Shown here in pieces: positions 15,421 through 28,229 of a DNA stretch of 64,000 nucleotides. The notes under the pieces were generated by a model. It was not told where the DNA came from and ran no database searches. It saw only the letters and a list, made by a program, of their open reading frames with translations. The position numbers and the translations under genes were made by a program. Positions within the stretch are counted from its first letter, which is position 1. The number at the start of each line of letters is the position of its first letter. Where the stretch lies: positions 6,510,001 to 6,574,000 of the forward strand of contig OZ176053.1 in NCBI GenBank assembly GCA_964247055.1, written 5' to 3'. The stretch comes from Paragordius varius (lineage: Eukaryota > Animalia > Nematomorpha).

Positions 15421-18400
15421 ATGGTTAAATGCTGGAAATACTAATATAACCACAATTAATATTATTTGATTGTTGAAATTAATGGTTGATTGTTGGAAAT
15501 ACTAATACCCGCACGCTTAAAATTATTTGATTGTTGAAAAGTAATGGTTGATTGTTGGAAATACTAATACTTACACGCTTAAAATTATTTGATTGTTGAA
15601 AAATAATGGTTGATTGTTGGATATACTAATACCCACACGCTGAAAATTATTTGATTGTTGAAAATGGTTGATTGTTGGAAATACTAATACCCGCACGCTT
15701 AAAATTATTTGATTGTTGAAAAGTAATGGTTAAATGCTGGAAATACTAATATAACCACAATTAATATTATTTGATTGTTGAAATTAATGGTTGATTGTTA
15801 AAAATACTAATACCCGCACGCTTAAAATTATTTGATTGTTGAAAAGTAATGGTTGATTGTTGGAAATACTAATACTTACACGCTTAAAATTATTTGATTG
15901 TTGAAAAATAATGGTTGATTGTTGGATATACTAATACCCACACGCTGAAAATTATTTGATTGTTGAAAATGGTTGATTGTTGGAAATACTAATACCCGCA
16001 CGCTTAAAATTATTTGATTGTTGAAAAGTAATGGTTGATTGTTGGAAATACTAATACTTACACGCTTAAAATTATTTGATTGTTGAAAAGTAATGGTTGA
16101 TTGTTGGATATACTAATACCCACACGCTGAAAATTATTTGATTGTTGAAAATGGTTGATTGTTGGAAATACTAATACCCGTACGCTTAAAATTATTTGAT
16201 TGTTGAAAAGTAATGGTTGATTGTTGGATATACTAATACCCACACGCTTAAAATTATTTGATTGTTGTTTAGTAATGGTTGATTGCTGGAAATACTAATA
16301 CCCATACGCTTAAAATTATTTGATTGTGGAAAAGTAATGGTTAAATGCTGGAAATACTAATATAACCACAATTAATATTATATGATTGTTGAAATTAATG
16401 GTTGATTGTTGGAAATACTAATACCCGCACGCTTAAAATTATTTGATTGTTGAAAAGTAATGGTTGATTGTTGGAAATACTAATTCTTACATGCTTAAAA
16501 TTATTTGATTGTTCAATATTAATGGTTGATTGCTGGAAATACTAATACCTGAACGCTTAAAATTTATTTTATTGTTGAAAAGTAATGGTTGATTGTTGGA
16601 AATACTAATACCCACACGCTTAAAATTATTTGATTGTTGTTTAGTAATGGTTGATTGCTGGAAATACTAATACCCATACGTGGAAAAGTTATGGTTAAAT
16701 GCTGGAAATACTAATATAACCACAATTAATATTATTTGATTGTTGAAATTAATGGTTGATTGTTGGAAATACTAATACCCGCACCCTTAAAATTATTTGA
16801 TTGTTGAAAAGTAATGGTTGATTGTTGGAAATACTAATACTTACATGCTTAAAATTATTTGATTGTTCAATATTAATGGTTGATTGCTGGAAATACTAAT
16901 ACCTGAACGCTTAAAATTTATTTATTGTTGAAAAGTAATGGTTGATTGTTGGAAATACTAATACCCACACGCTTAAAATTATTTGATTGTTGTTTAGTAA
17001 TGGTTGATTGCTGGAAATACTAATACCCATACGTGGAAAAGTTATGGTTAAATGCTGGAAATACTAATATAACCACAATTAATATTATTTGATTGTTGAA
17101 ATTAATGGTTGATTGTTGGAAATACTAATACCCGCACCCTTAAAATTATTTGATTGTTGAAAAGTAATGGTTGATTGTTGGAAATACTAATACTTACGTG
17201 CTTAAAATTATTTGATTGTTGAATATTAATGGTTGATTGCTGGAAATACTAATACCTGAACGCTTAAAATTTATTTTATTGTTGAAAAGTAATGATTGAT
17301 TGTTGGAAATACTAATACCCACACGCTTAAAATTGTTGATTGTTGAAAAGTAATGGTTGATTGGTGGAAATACTAATACCCACACGCTTAAAATTATTTG
17401 ATTGTTGAAAAGTAATGGTTGATTGCTTTAAATACTAATACCCACACGCTTAAAATTATTTGATTGTTGAAAAGTAACGGTTGATTGCTGGAAATACTAA
17501 TACCCACACGCTTAAAATTATTGATTGTTGAAAAGTAATGGTTGATTGCTGGAAATACTAATACCCACACGCTTAAAATTGTTGATTGTTGAAAAGTAAT
17601 GGTTGATTGGTGGAAATACTAATACCCACACGCTTAAAATTATTTGATTATTGAAAAGTAATGGTTGATTGGTGGAAATACTAATACCCACACGCTTAAA
17701 ATTATTTGATTGTTGAAAAGTAATGGTTGATTGCTTTAAATACTAATACCCGTACGCTTAAAATTATTTGATTGTTGAAAAGTAATGCTTGATTGTTGGA
17801 AATACTAATACCCACACGCTTAAAATTATATGATTGTTGAAAATTAATGGTTGATTGCTAGAAATACTAATACCCATACGCTTAAAATTATTTGATTGTG
17901 GAAAAGTAGTGGTTGATTGTTGGAAATACTAATACCCACACGCTGAAAATTATATGATTGTTGAAAATTAATGCTTGATTGCTAGAAATACTAATACCCG
18001 CACGCTGAAAATTATTTGATTGTTGAAAAGTGATGGTTGATTGCTAGAAATACTAATACCCACACGCTGAAAATTATATGATTGTTGAAAATTAATGCTT
18101 GATTGCTAGAAATACTAATACCCGCACGCTTAAAATTTTATTGTTGAAAAGTAATGGTTGATTGCTGGAAATACTAATACCCACACGCTGAAAATTATTT
18201 GATTGTTGAAAAGTAATTGTTGATTGTTGGAAATACTAATACCCGCACACTTAAAATTATTTGATTGTTGAAAAGTAATGGTTGATTGGTGGAATTACTA
18301 CTACTTACACGCTTAAAATTATTTGGTTGAAAAGTAATGGTTGATTGTTGGAATTACTAATACCCGCACGCTTAAAATTATTTGATTGTTGAAAAGTAAT

Positions 18401-21400
18401 GGTTGATTGCTGGAAATACTAATATAACCACAATTAATATTATTTGATTCTTGAAATTAATGGTTGTGGAAATACTAATACCCGCACGCTTAAAATTATT
18501 TGATTGTTGAAAAGTAATGTATGATTGGTGGAATTACTACTACTTACACGCTTAAAATTATTTGATTGTTGAAAAGTAATGGTTGATTGCTGGAAATACT
18601 AATACCCACACGCTTAAAATTATTTGATTGTTGAAAAGTAATGGTATATTGTTGGATATACTAATACCCACACGCTTAAAATTATTTCATTGTTGTTTAG
18701 TAATGGTTGATTGGTGGAATTACTACTACTTACACGCTAAAAATTATTTGATTGTTGAAAAGTAATGGTTGATTGTTGGATATACTAATACCCACACGCT
18801 TAAAATTATTTGATTGTTGTTTAGTAATGGTTGATTGCTGGAAATACTAATACCCATACGCTTAAAATTATTTGATTGTGGAAAAGTAATGGTTAAATGC
18901 TGGAAATACTAATACTCACACGCTGAAAATTATTTGATTGTTGAAAAGTAATGGTTGATTGCTGGAAATACTAATATAACCACAATTAATATCATTTGAT
19001 TGTTGAAATTAATGGTTGATTGTTGGAAATACTAATACCCGCACGCTTAAAATTATTTGATTGTTGAAAAGTAATGGTTGATTGTTGGAAATACTAATAC
19101 TTACACGCTTAAAATTATTTGATTGTTGAAAAGTAATGGTATATTGTTGGATATACTAATACCCACACGCTTAAAATTATTTCATTGTTGTTTAGTAATG
19201 GTTGATTGCTGGAAATACTAATACCCATACGCTTAAAATTATTTGATTGTGGAAAAGTAATGGTTAAATGCTGGAAACACTAATATAACCACAATTAATA
19301 TTATTTGATTGTTGAAATTAATGGTTGATTGTTGGAAATACTAATACCCGCACGCTTAAAATTATTTGATTGTTGAAAAGTAATGGTTGATTGTTGGAAA
19401 TACTAATACTTACATGCTTAAAATTATTTGATTGTTGAATATTAATGGTTGATTGCTGGAAATACTAATACCTGAACGCTTAAAATTTATTTTATTGTTG
19501 AAAAGTAATGGTTGATTGTTGGAAATACTAATACCCACACGCTTAAAATTGTTGATTGTTGAAAAGTAATGGTTGATTGGTGGAAATACTAATACCCACA
19601 CGCTTAAAATTATTTGATTGTTGAAAAGTAATGGTTGATTGCTTTAAATACTAATACCCACACGCTTAAAATTATTTGATTGTTGAAAAGTAACGGTTGA
19701 TTGCTGGAAATACTAATACCCACACGCTTAAAATTATTTGATTGTTGAAAAGTAATGGTTGATTGCTGGAAATACTAATACCCACACGCTTAAAATTATT
19801 TGATTTTTGAAAATTAATGGTTGATTGCTAGAAATACTAATACCCACACGCTTAAAATTGTTGATTGTTGAAAAGTAATGGTTGATTGGTGGAAATACTA
19901 ATACCCACACGCTTAAAATTATTTGATTGTTGAAAAGTAATGGTTGATTGGTGGAAATACTAATACCCACACGCTTAAAATTATTTGATTGTTGAAAAGT
20001 AATGGTTGATTGGTGGAAATACTAATACCCACACGCTTAAAATTATTTGATTGTTGAAAAGTAATGGTTGATTGGTGGAAATACTAATACCCGTACGCTT
20101 AAAATTATTTGATTGTTGAAAAGTAATGGTTGATTGTTGGAAATACTAATACCCACACGCTTAAAATTATATGATTGTTGAAAATTAATGGTTGATTGCT
20201 AGAAATACTAATACCCGCACGCTTAAAATTATTTGATTGTGGAAAAGTAGTGGTTGATTGTTGGAAATACTAATACCCACACGCTGTAAATTATATGATT
20301 GTTGAAAATTAATGCTTGATTGCTAGAAATACTAATACCCGCACGCTTAAAATTTTTTGATTGTTGAAAAGTAATGGTTGATTGTTGGATATACTAATAC
20401 CCACACGCTGAAAATTATTTGATTTTTGAAAATTAATGGTTGATTGCTAGAAATACTAATACCCACACGCTTAAAATTGTTGATTGTTGAAAAGTAATGG
20501 TTGATTGGTGGAAATACTAATACCCACACGCTTAAAATTATTTGATTGTTGAAAAGTAATGGTTGATTGGTGGAAATACTAATACCCACACGCTTAAAAT
20601 TATTTGATTGTTGAAAAGTAATGGTTGATTGGTGGAAATACTAATACCCACACGCTTAAAATTATTTGATTGTTGAAAAGTAATGGTTGATTGGTGGAAA
20701 TACTAATACCCGTACGCTTAAAATTATTTGATTGTTGAAAAGTAATGGTTGATTGGTGGAAATACTAATACCCACACGCTTAAAATTATTTGATTGTTGA
20801 AAAGTAATGGTTGATTGTTGGAAATACTAATACCCACACGCTTAAAATTATATGATTGTTGAAAATTAATGGTTGATTGCTAGAAATACTAATACCCGCA
20901 CGCTTAAAATTATTTGATTGTGGAAAAGTAGTGGTTGATTGTTGGAAATACTAATACCCACACGCTGAAAATTATATGATTGTTGAAAATTAATGCTTGA
21001 TTGCTAGAAATACTAATACCCGCACGCTTAAAATTTTTTGATTGTTGAAAAGTAATGGTTGATTGTTGGATATACTAATACCCGCACGCTTAAAATTTTT
21101 TGATTGTTGAAATGTGATGGTTGATTGTTGGATATACTAATACCCACACGCTGAAAATTATATGATTGTTGAAAATTAATTCTTGATTGCTAGAAATACT
21201 AATACCCGCACGCTTAAAATTTTTTGATTGTTGAAAAGTAATGGTTGATTGCTGGAAATACTAATACCCACACGCTGAAAATTATTTGATTGTTGAAAAG
21301 TAATGGTTGATTGTTGGAAATACTAATACCCGCACGCTTAAAATTATTTGATTGTTGAAAAGTAATGGTTGATTGGTGGAAATACTAATATAACCACAAT

Positions 21401-22300
21401 TAATATTATTTGATTGTTGAAATTAATGGTTGATTGTTGGAAATACTAATACCCGCACGCTTACAATTATTTTATTGTTGAAAAGGAATGGTTGATTGGT
21501 ATAAATACTAATACCTATACGCGTAAAATTATTTGATTGTTTAAAAGTAATGGTTGATTGTTGGAAATACTAATATCCACACGCATAAAATTATTTGATT
21601 GTTGAAAAGTAATGGTTGATTGTTGGAATTACTAATATAACCACGCTTAATATTATTTGATTGTTGAAAATAATGGTTATTGTTGTAAATACTAATACCC
21701 GCACGCTTAAAATTATTTGATTCTTGAAAACTAATGGTTGATTGTTGGAGATACTAATACCCACACGCTGAAAATTATTTGATTGTTGAAAATTAATGGT
21801 TGATTGTTGGAAATACTAATACCCACACGCTTAATATTATTTGATTGTAATGCTGGATTGTTGGAAATACTAATACCCACACGCTTAAAATAATTTGATT
21901 GTTGAAAAGTAATGGTTAATTGTCGGAATTACTAATACAACCACGCTTAAAATTATTTGATTGCTGAATGGTATTGGTTCATTGTTGGAGATAATAATAC
22001 CCACACACTTAATATTATTTGATTGTTGAAAAGTAATGGTTGATTGTTGGAGATACTAATACCCACACGCTTAAAATTATTTGATTGTTGAAAATTAATG
22101 GTTGATTGTTGGAATTACTAATATAACCACGCTTAATATTATTTGATTGTTGAAAATAATGGTTATTGTTGTAAATACTAATACCCACACGCTTAAAATT
22201 ATTTTATTGTTGGAAATACTAATACCCACACGCTTAAAATTATTTGATTGAAGTGTAAGTTGATTGTTGGAAATACTAACAATACACGGTTAATATTATT
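15421..22300. repeat. 62-bp satellite, diverged flank subfamily (TACTAAT / TTGTTGG / CCCACAC type) decaying into unique sequence
   Basis: Same period and orientation, but the diagnostic sites switch after ~15,420. Indels and substitutions increase toward 22,300, where the last recognisable monomer remnant ends. Confidence 0.95.
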
Positions 22301-23595
22301 GATTTGTTAAAATGTTGAAATTCATTAATATAATTTAATTGAATCCGATAGTTAAATTTCCTTAATTATAAGCACCTGTAATATAGGTTGATTGCTGTAT
22401 TAATTTTATTTTTGGTCATATTATAACTATTATTTTATGTTACTATTTTATACCTTAATTGATTATCTATCTTCATACAGTAAAATTTAAAAAACACCTT
22501 TTTTTAAAGATAATTATTTTTTAAACCATTATATTTAAATATAAGATACCACTTTGGGAAACAAAATCGTTTCTCAATAATATAATATATAAAATCATAT
22601 AGTTAATGATAAATCAAGAATTAAAAAAGAATGGCTCTAATGCTTACATTTATCCCTTTTATATTAAAAATGAATTTATAAATTACTCAAAATCAATAAA
22701 AGATATTACCTTTTGATAATTTGTATTATTTTTTTAACTAATATTAATATAATTAAAATATGACTACTAATTCCGATGTAAGCTAAGGCTTACCGGTTAC
22801 ATTGCGTTCTTAACCCTTTTATTCATCGCAGCATTCTAATATATAATTTGTTACATCTGAAAAAGTACTTTTAATTTTTTATATTTTACTAAAAAAATGG
22901 TTTAAATTAATTATTATAAACACTATTAAGACTGAATGATATTGGCTCATTTTATTATCCATTAAGCTAAAACATATATTACCAATGATAATTTTAATTA
23001 CTCATCATTACCTTAGAGATGACTATAAACAATGGTTATGGGGTTATTTTTTTCCAGTAGTCTAAGGATATAAATCCATATTTTTAAGTTATAATAATAA
23101 CCACAAAAAATATTCTCTTCATTCTGATATGTATCATTATGTAATAAAATTATATTATGAAGCATACATCATTTATTAATATTTTTGTTTAGTCATTCAA
23201 ATATTAAAATAAAATTAATAACAACTTAAAAAAGAGAGAGTAATAAAATTAAAAATGGGTGATCTTGAAGCTCATTATATCTAAAATGCATTTGATTTAA
23301 AAAAAGAACAATTCAAACATATTTTTAATTTTAATCGAAACATAGAAAGTGTGTGTGAATAAATGTAAGTCCTGTAGTATCATTAGATTGCAAAGACCGG
23401 ATGTATTCATTCATGATGCTAATCATGGAAATTATGTCTGCAAATAATATAAAACATAAAAAGATTTTGTCACATTTATCGAGATATGGTGATATGATAG
23501 GTCAGCATGCAAAATAAACTTATTAAAAAAATCTAGTAGAAGTGATTGTAAATTGAAATAATATTGATATGGCAAGCACCACATTTATATTTATA

Positions 23596-26500
23596 TTAAA
23601 CTTTTTGCAAACGACGTTGAGCTAATTTGTTGTGATGCTTTTCAAACGATTCTAATTGCTGTATCTTTCGTAAACTATTGGGTAAGAGTGTCGTACGAAT
23701 TATACCACGATCCGCTAATGTGTATGTAATAAAATTTGTTATAACTATAATAAGATGTTCAAGACATAATTTTTTTTCAATAGTTGATTCATATACAAAA
23801 TGGTATATAGAAAAAAAATAGTATTTACGAGCACAATCCAGGTTGGCATGCGTCATATCCTCGCCGACTTTATTACTGATTTTACAAACATAAAGACCCG
23901 AATCTTCTGGTTTGACTCCAACAATTTCCAATACAGCATGACCATTTTCAACCAAACTGTAGAATCTATTACCTTTAGGCCAATATTAAAATATAATACA
24001 GGTGATTTTTTCGATCACTATTTAGCTAATTTTTTTGGAATGAATAAATAAATCTAACCTATTTTATATATCTAATATACATCCTTTCATATATTTATCA
24101 AGGTTTTATATATTTGAGTGAATACTTGCTGTTAATGGTTGATCATTGAAGAACCATTCAACCTTAAGTTCGGGATCATCTGTCGGAGAAAATTCACATC
24201 TGAAACTAACATGCTCACCTTCTTTCAAATCCATCAAATCGGTCAACTAAAAAATATAATTCATTTTTATATTAATCCTAAATAAGAAATAAATACAATA
24301 AAGATGCTATTTAACCCAATACATTGTTAATAATATATGTCAAATGTCACACTGAACATTTATAACATCTTGTGCATTCCTAGACATAAATTGCTATCTT
24401 TTCCGAATTAATTATTTAGAATCATCCTTTAACATTTTAATTAAAGTTTTTTCCGCATTCCTAAATTTTGTTTACCCCGAGAAAATAGCCATGCCCCTTT
24501 TACTTTAACAACTATAGAAATATACCTGAGTCAAAAATTTGGGCGGATCATACTGTGTGTCCTTAACATCTGATTCCCATTCTCTAGTGTGACTAAAAGC
24601 TTCAAGTTGTTTTATCTTTTCTAGACCTTCAGGGTTTTGAGATTCTGTAAAAACACCTCCCTCGCCTATAATGGTAATACAAATCATAATTGAAGATAAA
24701 CTAAAAAATAATTTGTGTATTTATAATTAAAAAGCTGCAAAATTTTTAATATTAGCTTTGGTTATAACCTTGCACTTGCAAAACAGCAGATGACACAGCT
24801 TCGCCTGACTGGTTTATAGCCTTGCAAGTATAGTTTCCGGAAAATTCATTGATGGCAGGGTTTATTTCAAGGGAAACAAAACCAAAATCAAATGTTGGCT
24901 TAAATCGGCTGCCTATTTGTCCATAATTAAAAAAACAAATCAATGTTGTAAGAGGAAAAAAATTGTTTAGTTTCAACATTTTATTGTTATACCCATATAC
25001 TACTGTATCAAAAATTGACCAACAATAATGTGAATCGGCAAGCATAAGTGTGCATATTGTGAAAATACATTTTATAAAATCACAAACCTAAATCCAATCG
25101 TTTGCCATTAAGTTCCCATTCTATGCGAAGATTCGGATCATTTGCTGGTTCGACCCGAGCCTCGAACCTAACAACGTCTCCATCTTGACAATCCAAAATA
25201 TCAGTCAAATCTTGCACAAAGTGGGGTGGAGGTGGAACTTCTTCAGGAACCTCCTCGGGTAAATGTACAGCCTCCAAATCTAAAATTTTTTGGTATCCTT
25301 CCGGAGACAAGATTACATCTTTTAAGATTGGATCACTGGGATCTATTTAATAAAGGATGATATATTTAAAGCTAGAAAATATATATTATCAAATCAGTAG
25401 CTATAAATATTGGACGAACCTACGATTGCCACATTTATATCGCTTTGGGCATGTCCATGCGAATTTTGGGCTCTGCATGTATATGTTCCAGAATCTGAGG
25501 CAAACGCAGGACTTATATCTAGCGCTACGTAATCCATATCATGAACAGTCTCAAATCGTGATGCTAAAAATATATACCCATATATATTGTTGTTTAGATT
25601 AGTTGATTAAAATATAGTAAGCTTGTGTGAAATAGTATTTAAATCGGGCTGAAACGGTTTTAAACAGGTATTTTGGGAACTGTTTCAAATTTGTTTTCAA
25701 TTATCGAAACCGGATCCGAAAACAGTATAATTTATTTAATAATTTATGAAAGCAAAGAACGATCAGCATCATACCTAAATAAAATTTTATTATAGATTTA
25801 TTAAAATCGCTAAAAACAATTCTTTTATCATTTTGGTCAAATTTTAAATCGAATTATTTAAAAGGGAATCTTAAATTCAGGCAACAAAAAATAGTTGTGG
25901 TATTAGTTTCAATCATAAATTAACCATAATATTCATGTCACACTAACTAAAAAACATATATTATAATTTAAAAAAAAATTATGGTTTAAGAAAAAATTAA
26001 AATTTATTTCTGCCCATAGAATCGGTTGCAGAGATTATATATGCGAGAAGACGGTTCGGGTATATTTCATAACTAAAAGTTGGGTTTCAAAATGATTTTT
26101 AATAAATTGAAATGGCTCGGGTTTTTTTAGTTCTTTTAGTTTAGTCCTTACAACATCACATATGTCATACATTATCCCATTTTTAATGAAAATATCTTGC
26201 TAACGTTTTAGAACCGAATTAAGGTTAATGGGTATGTATAATATGAGAACCAGGTTACTTAAACGACATATAAAATTATTTAACTATATCTGTGAGGAAA
26301 ATAATTGTCTTAATTGATTGCCGTTGGAGAAAACTAATTGAAAAATGGTTATTTTCTTTATTTCAATAAAAGTTCTGGTAAACAAGCGTTTGTGAAAAAT
26401 AATATTAATGTTTTAAATCTTAAAAACCTTTATGATGTAATATAATTTTTTTCTATAAATACAGTTGTTCATTATATGAGAAACATTAAAAATTGTATTC

Positions 26501-28229
26501 GAAGCGTTAGTTTTGCATGAAAATAAAACTGTTGTAAAATACATTATTTAAAATAAAAATATAAATATGACTGATTATACAGATATCGGTCCGCAAAATT
26601 CTAAAAATAATGATAAATTGTCATCATAAAATTAAGAAAATTGATTGATTAAATGTTTTTATGTAAATTAAGACATTTTAAATATTTTGTTATGATTGCA
26701 TATATTTATATTGAGTAGAAGAAACGAAAAACCAATAGCATATGGTGGCCTTAAAATGAATCTTTTACTCTTGTATATGATCAGACATTATGATAAAGGC
26801 TCTTTCTTCATGGACGAAAATTTTATGCAAAATTAAATAAATTTTGAAGGCCTATTTTCATTTTGCAATATCTTAAGGAAAAAATCTGGATAGGATTGGC
26901 GACAAGCTGAGTTAATTTATGAAGTATACAAAGAAATAAATAAAAAATGGTTCAATTTAATCACTTTTTGTCACAATTAGTTGTTTAACAAAAACACACA
27001 CCACTAAATTTCAATGTACTTTTGCCAAAAAAATTCCAAAATATTTATTAGAATAGTTTTAATCGATCTATACCTAAATACATTAAACAATTGTACAAAG
27101 TTATATCAGAAAAACATATCTAAACCGTTACATTGTTATATACCAGCTCATAAAACCAAAATAGAAAAGAGCCATTTATTTTGTTAATAGAGACAAACTT
27201 GGTGCATACTAATAAATATTTACTCTATGCGCTACCTTAATATTATCAGCCAATAATATGTATCCTTCTTAGGCTTATAATTTTTTGCTATCGTATATTT
27301 ACTTTCACAAATTTAGTATGTTTGTAAGGTTGACAATGGAATGTCAATTGCAGATACTAAACCAAAATGCTTAATAAGCTTGTCTGACAATCAAAATTAA
27401 TTAAAAATAATACATGAATTTATTCCTTAATACTAACCCATTCAACTTAGTAAATATGTGACAAGTTGTTGTAACTTGTATATACTTTAATTACTTTAAA
27501 TCATTAGTATAAACGCTATTATATTAGTGCTTTTTTAGCGAAATAAAAATTATATTTTGTGGATTATATAGTAAGTTAAATCTCCATTGCAACACTTTAA
27601 TTTTAAATATTTTTGTTCATTGAAAAAGATGTTTCCGGGCATGGAAAAATTTGGTTATTTTAGAAAAGTTAAATAATTTATTGAACATTTAAGGTTTGCA
27701 TATTCATTCTCATTTAAAGACGAAAAAAAAAGCAGAAACATAATTTTAATCTGTGATATTTGACCACGGCCCACAGGTCGCACCTGACCCTAAGAGTGCT
27801 TTTTTATGGTCCTGAATTATATATTTGATTTTTTTTATGTGCTTATTTTGATTATAATTTATCTGCAAACTTGACAAACAGCTATGAAATTTTTTCGGTG
27901 TTATATAGTGCACGGCCCTGGAAACATAAATATTTTTTTGCGGCTCTTGGAAAAATTTTGTTGGGTACCACTGATTAAAATGATAAATATGATTCAACCC
28001 TTCAAATGATAAATTCCGTGAAAATAATTTCTAACTAAAAATTATTTCAATTATAATTAAATAGCAATCAAATTGGATTACCTACAATAACCGGTCGTCC
28101 ATTACAAAACCAATCGATATGAAGAGTAGGATCATCAGCAGGCTCAATGCGACATTCCAATAAAACTTCATCCCCTTCCATAACATTTGTGTCGCCCGAC
28201 AAAGGGCTAACGAATCTGGGAGCAGCCAT
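23596..28229 (-). CDS. Kettin/sallimus (titin-family)-like protein, 3 I-set Ig domains plus kettin-type linkers, 8 exons, 404 aa
   Basis: Exons (-): 28229-28082, 25563-25420, 25342-25088, 24912-24769, 24665-24526, 24246-24126, 23972-23829, 23714-23596. Total 1215 nt, all GT-AG, phases consistent, in-frame TAA immediately before the ATG. Motifs: ECRIEPADDPTLHIDWFCNG, DSGTYTCRAQN, EPANDPNLRIEWELNG, GSRFKPTFDFGFVSLEI, DSGLYVCKISN; linkers GYQKILDLE, GLEKIKQLE, SLRKIQQLE. Confidence 0.88.
26720..26930 (+). mobile_element. Possible short decayed Ty3/Gypsy RNase H fragment in intron 1 of the Ig gene
   Basis: Translates RNEKPIAY (26720-26743) and, in another frame, FLHGRKF (26803-26823). These resemble the Gypsy RNase H motifs xPIAY and YLxGRKF, but the spacing is ~11 aa too short. 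Confidence 0.3.
27760..27920. mobile_element. Possible hAT (Tip100/MER45-like) terminal fragment
   Basis: GC-rich motifs CAGGGCCGTG and TTAGGGTCAGGTGCGACCTGTGGGCCG on the minus strand resemble MER45-type element ends. No matching second TIR or TSD found. Confidence 0.3.

Noticed and set aside
16058-20589. Minus-strand ORFs in the satellite (MGISISNNQPLL..., MWVLVFPPINHY...)
   Set aside because: Chance read-through of the 62-bp monomer cycling through three frames; no splice or codon signal.
1-22300. CRISPR-like array
   Set aside because: Units are contiguous near-identical monomers with no unique spacers, there are no cas genes, and the context is eukaryotic.
23385-23450. Plus-strand 'HGNYVCK', resembling an Ig F-strand motif
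   Set aside because: Isolated, immediately followed by a stop, wrong strand for the Ig gene, no partner exons.
23800-25602. Plus-strand ORFs 23800-24051 and 25357-25602
   Set aside because: Antisense shadows of the Ig-gene exons.
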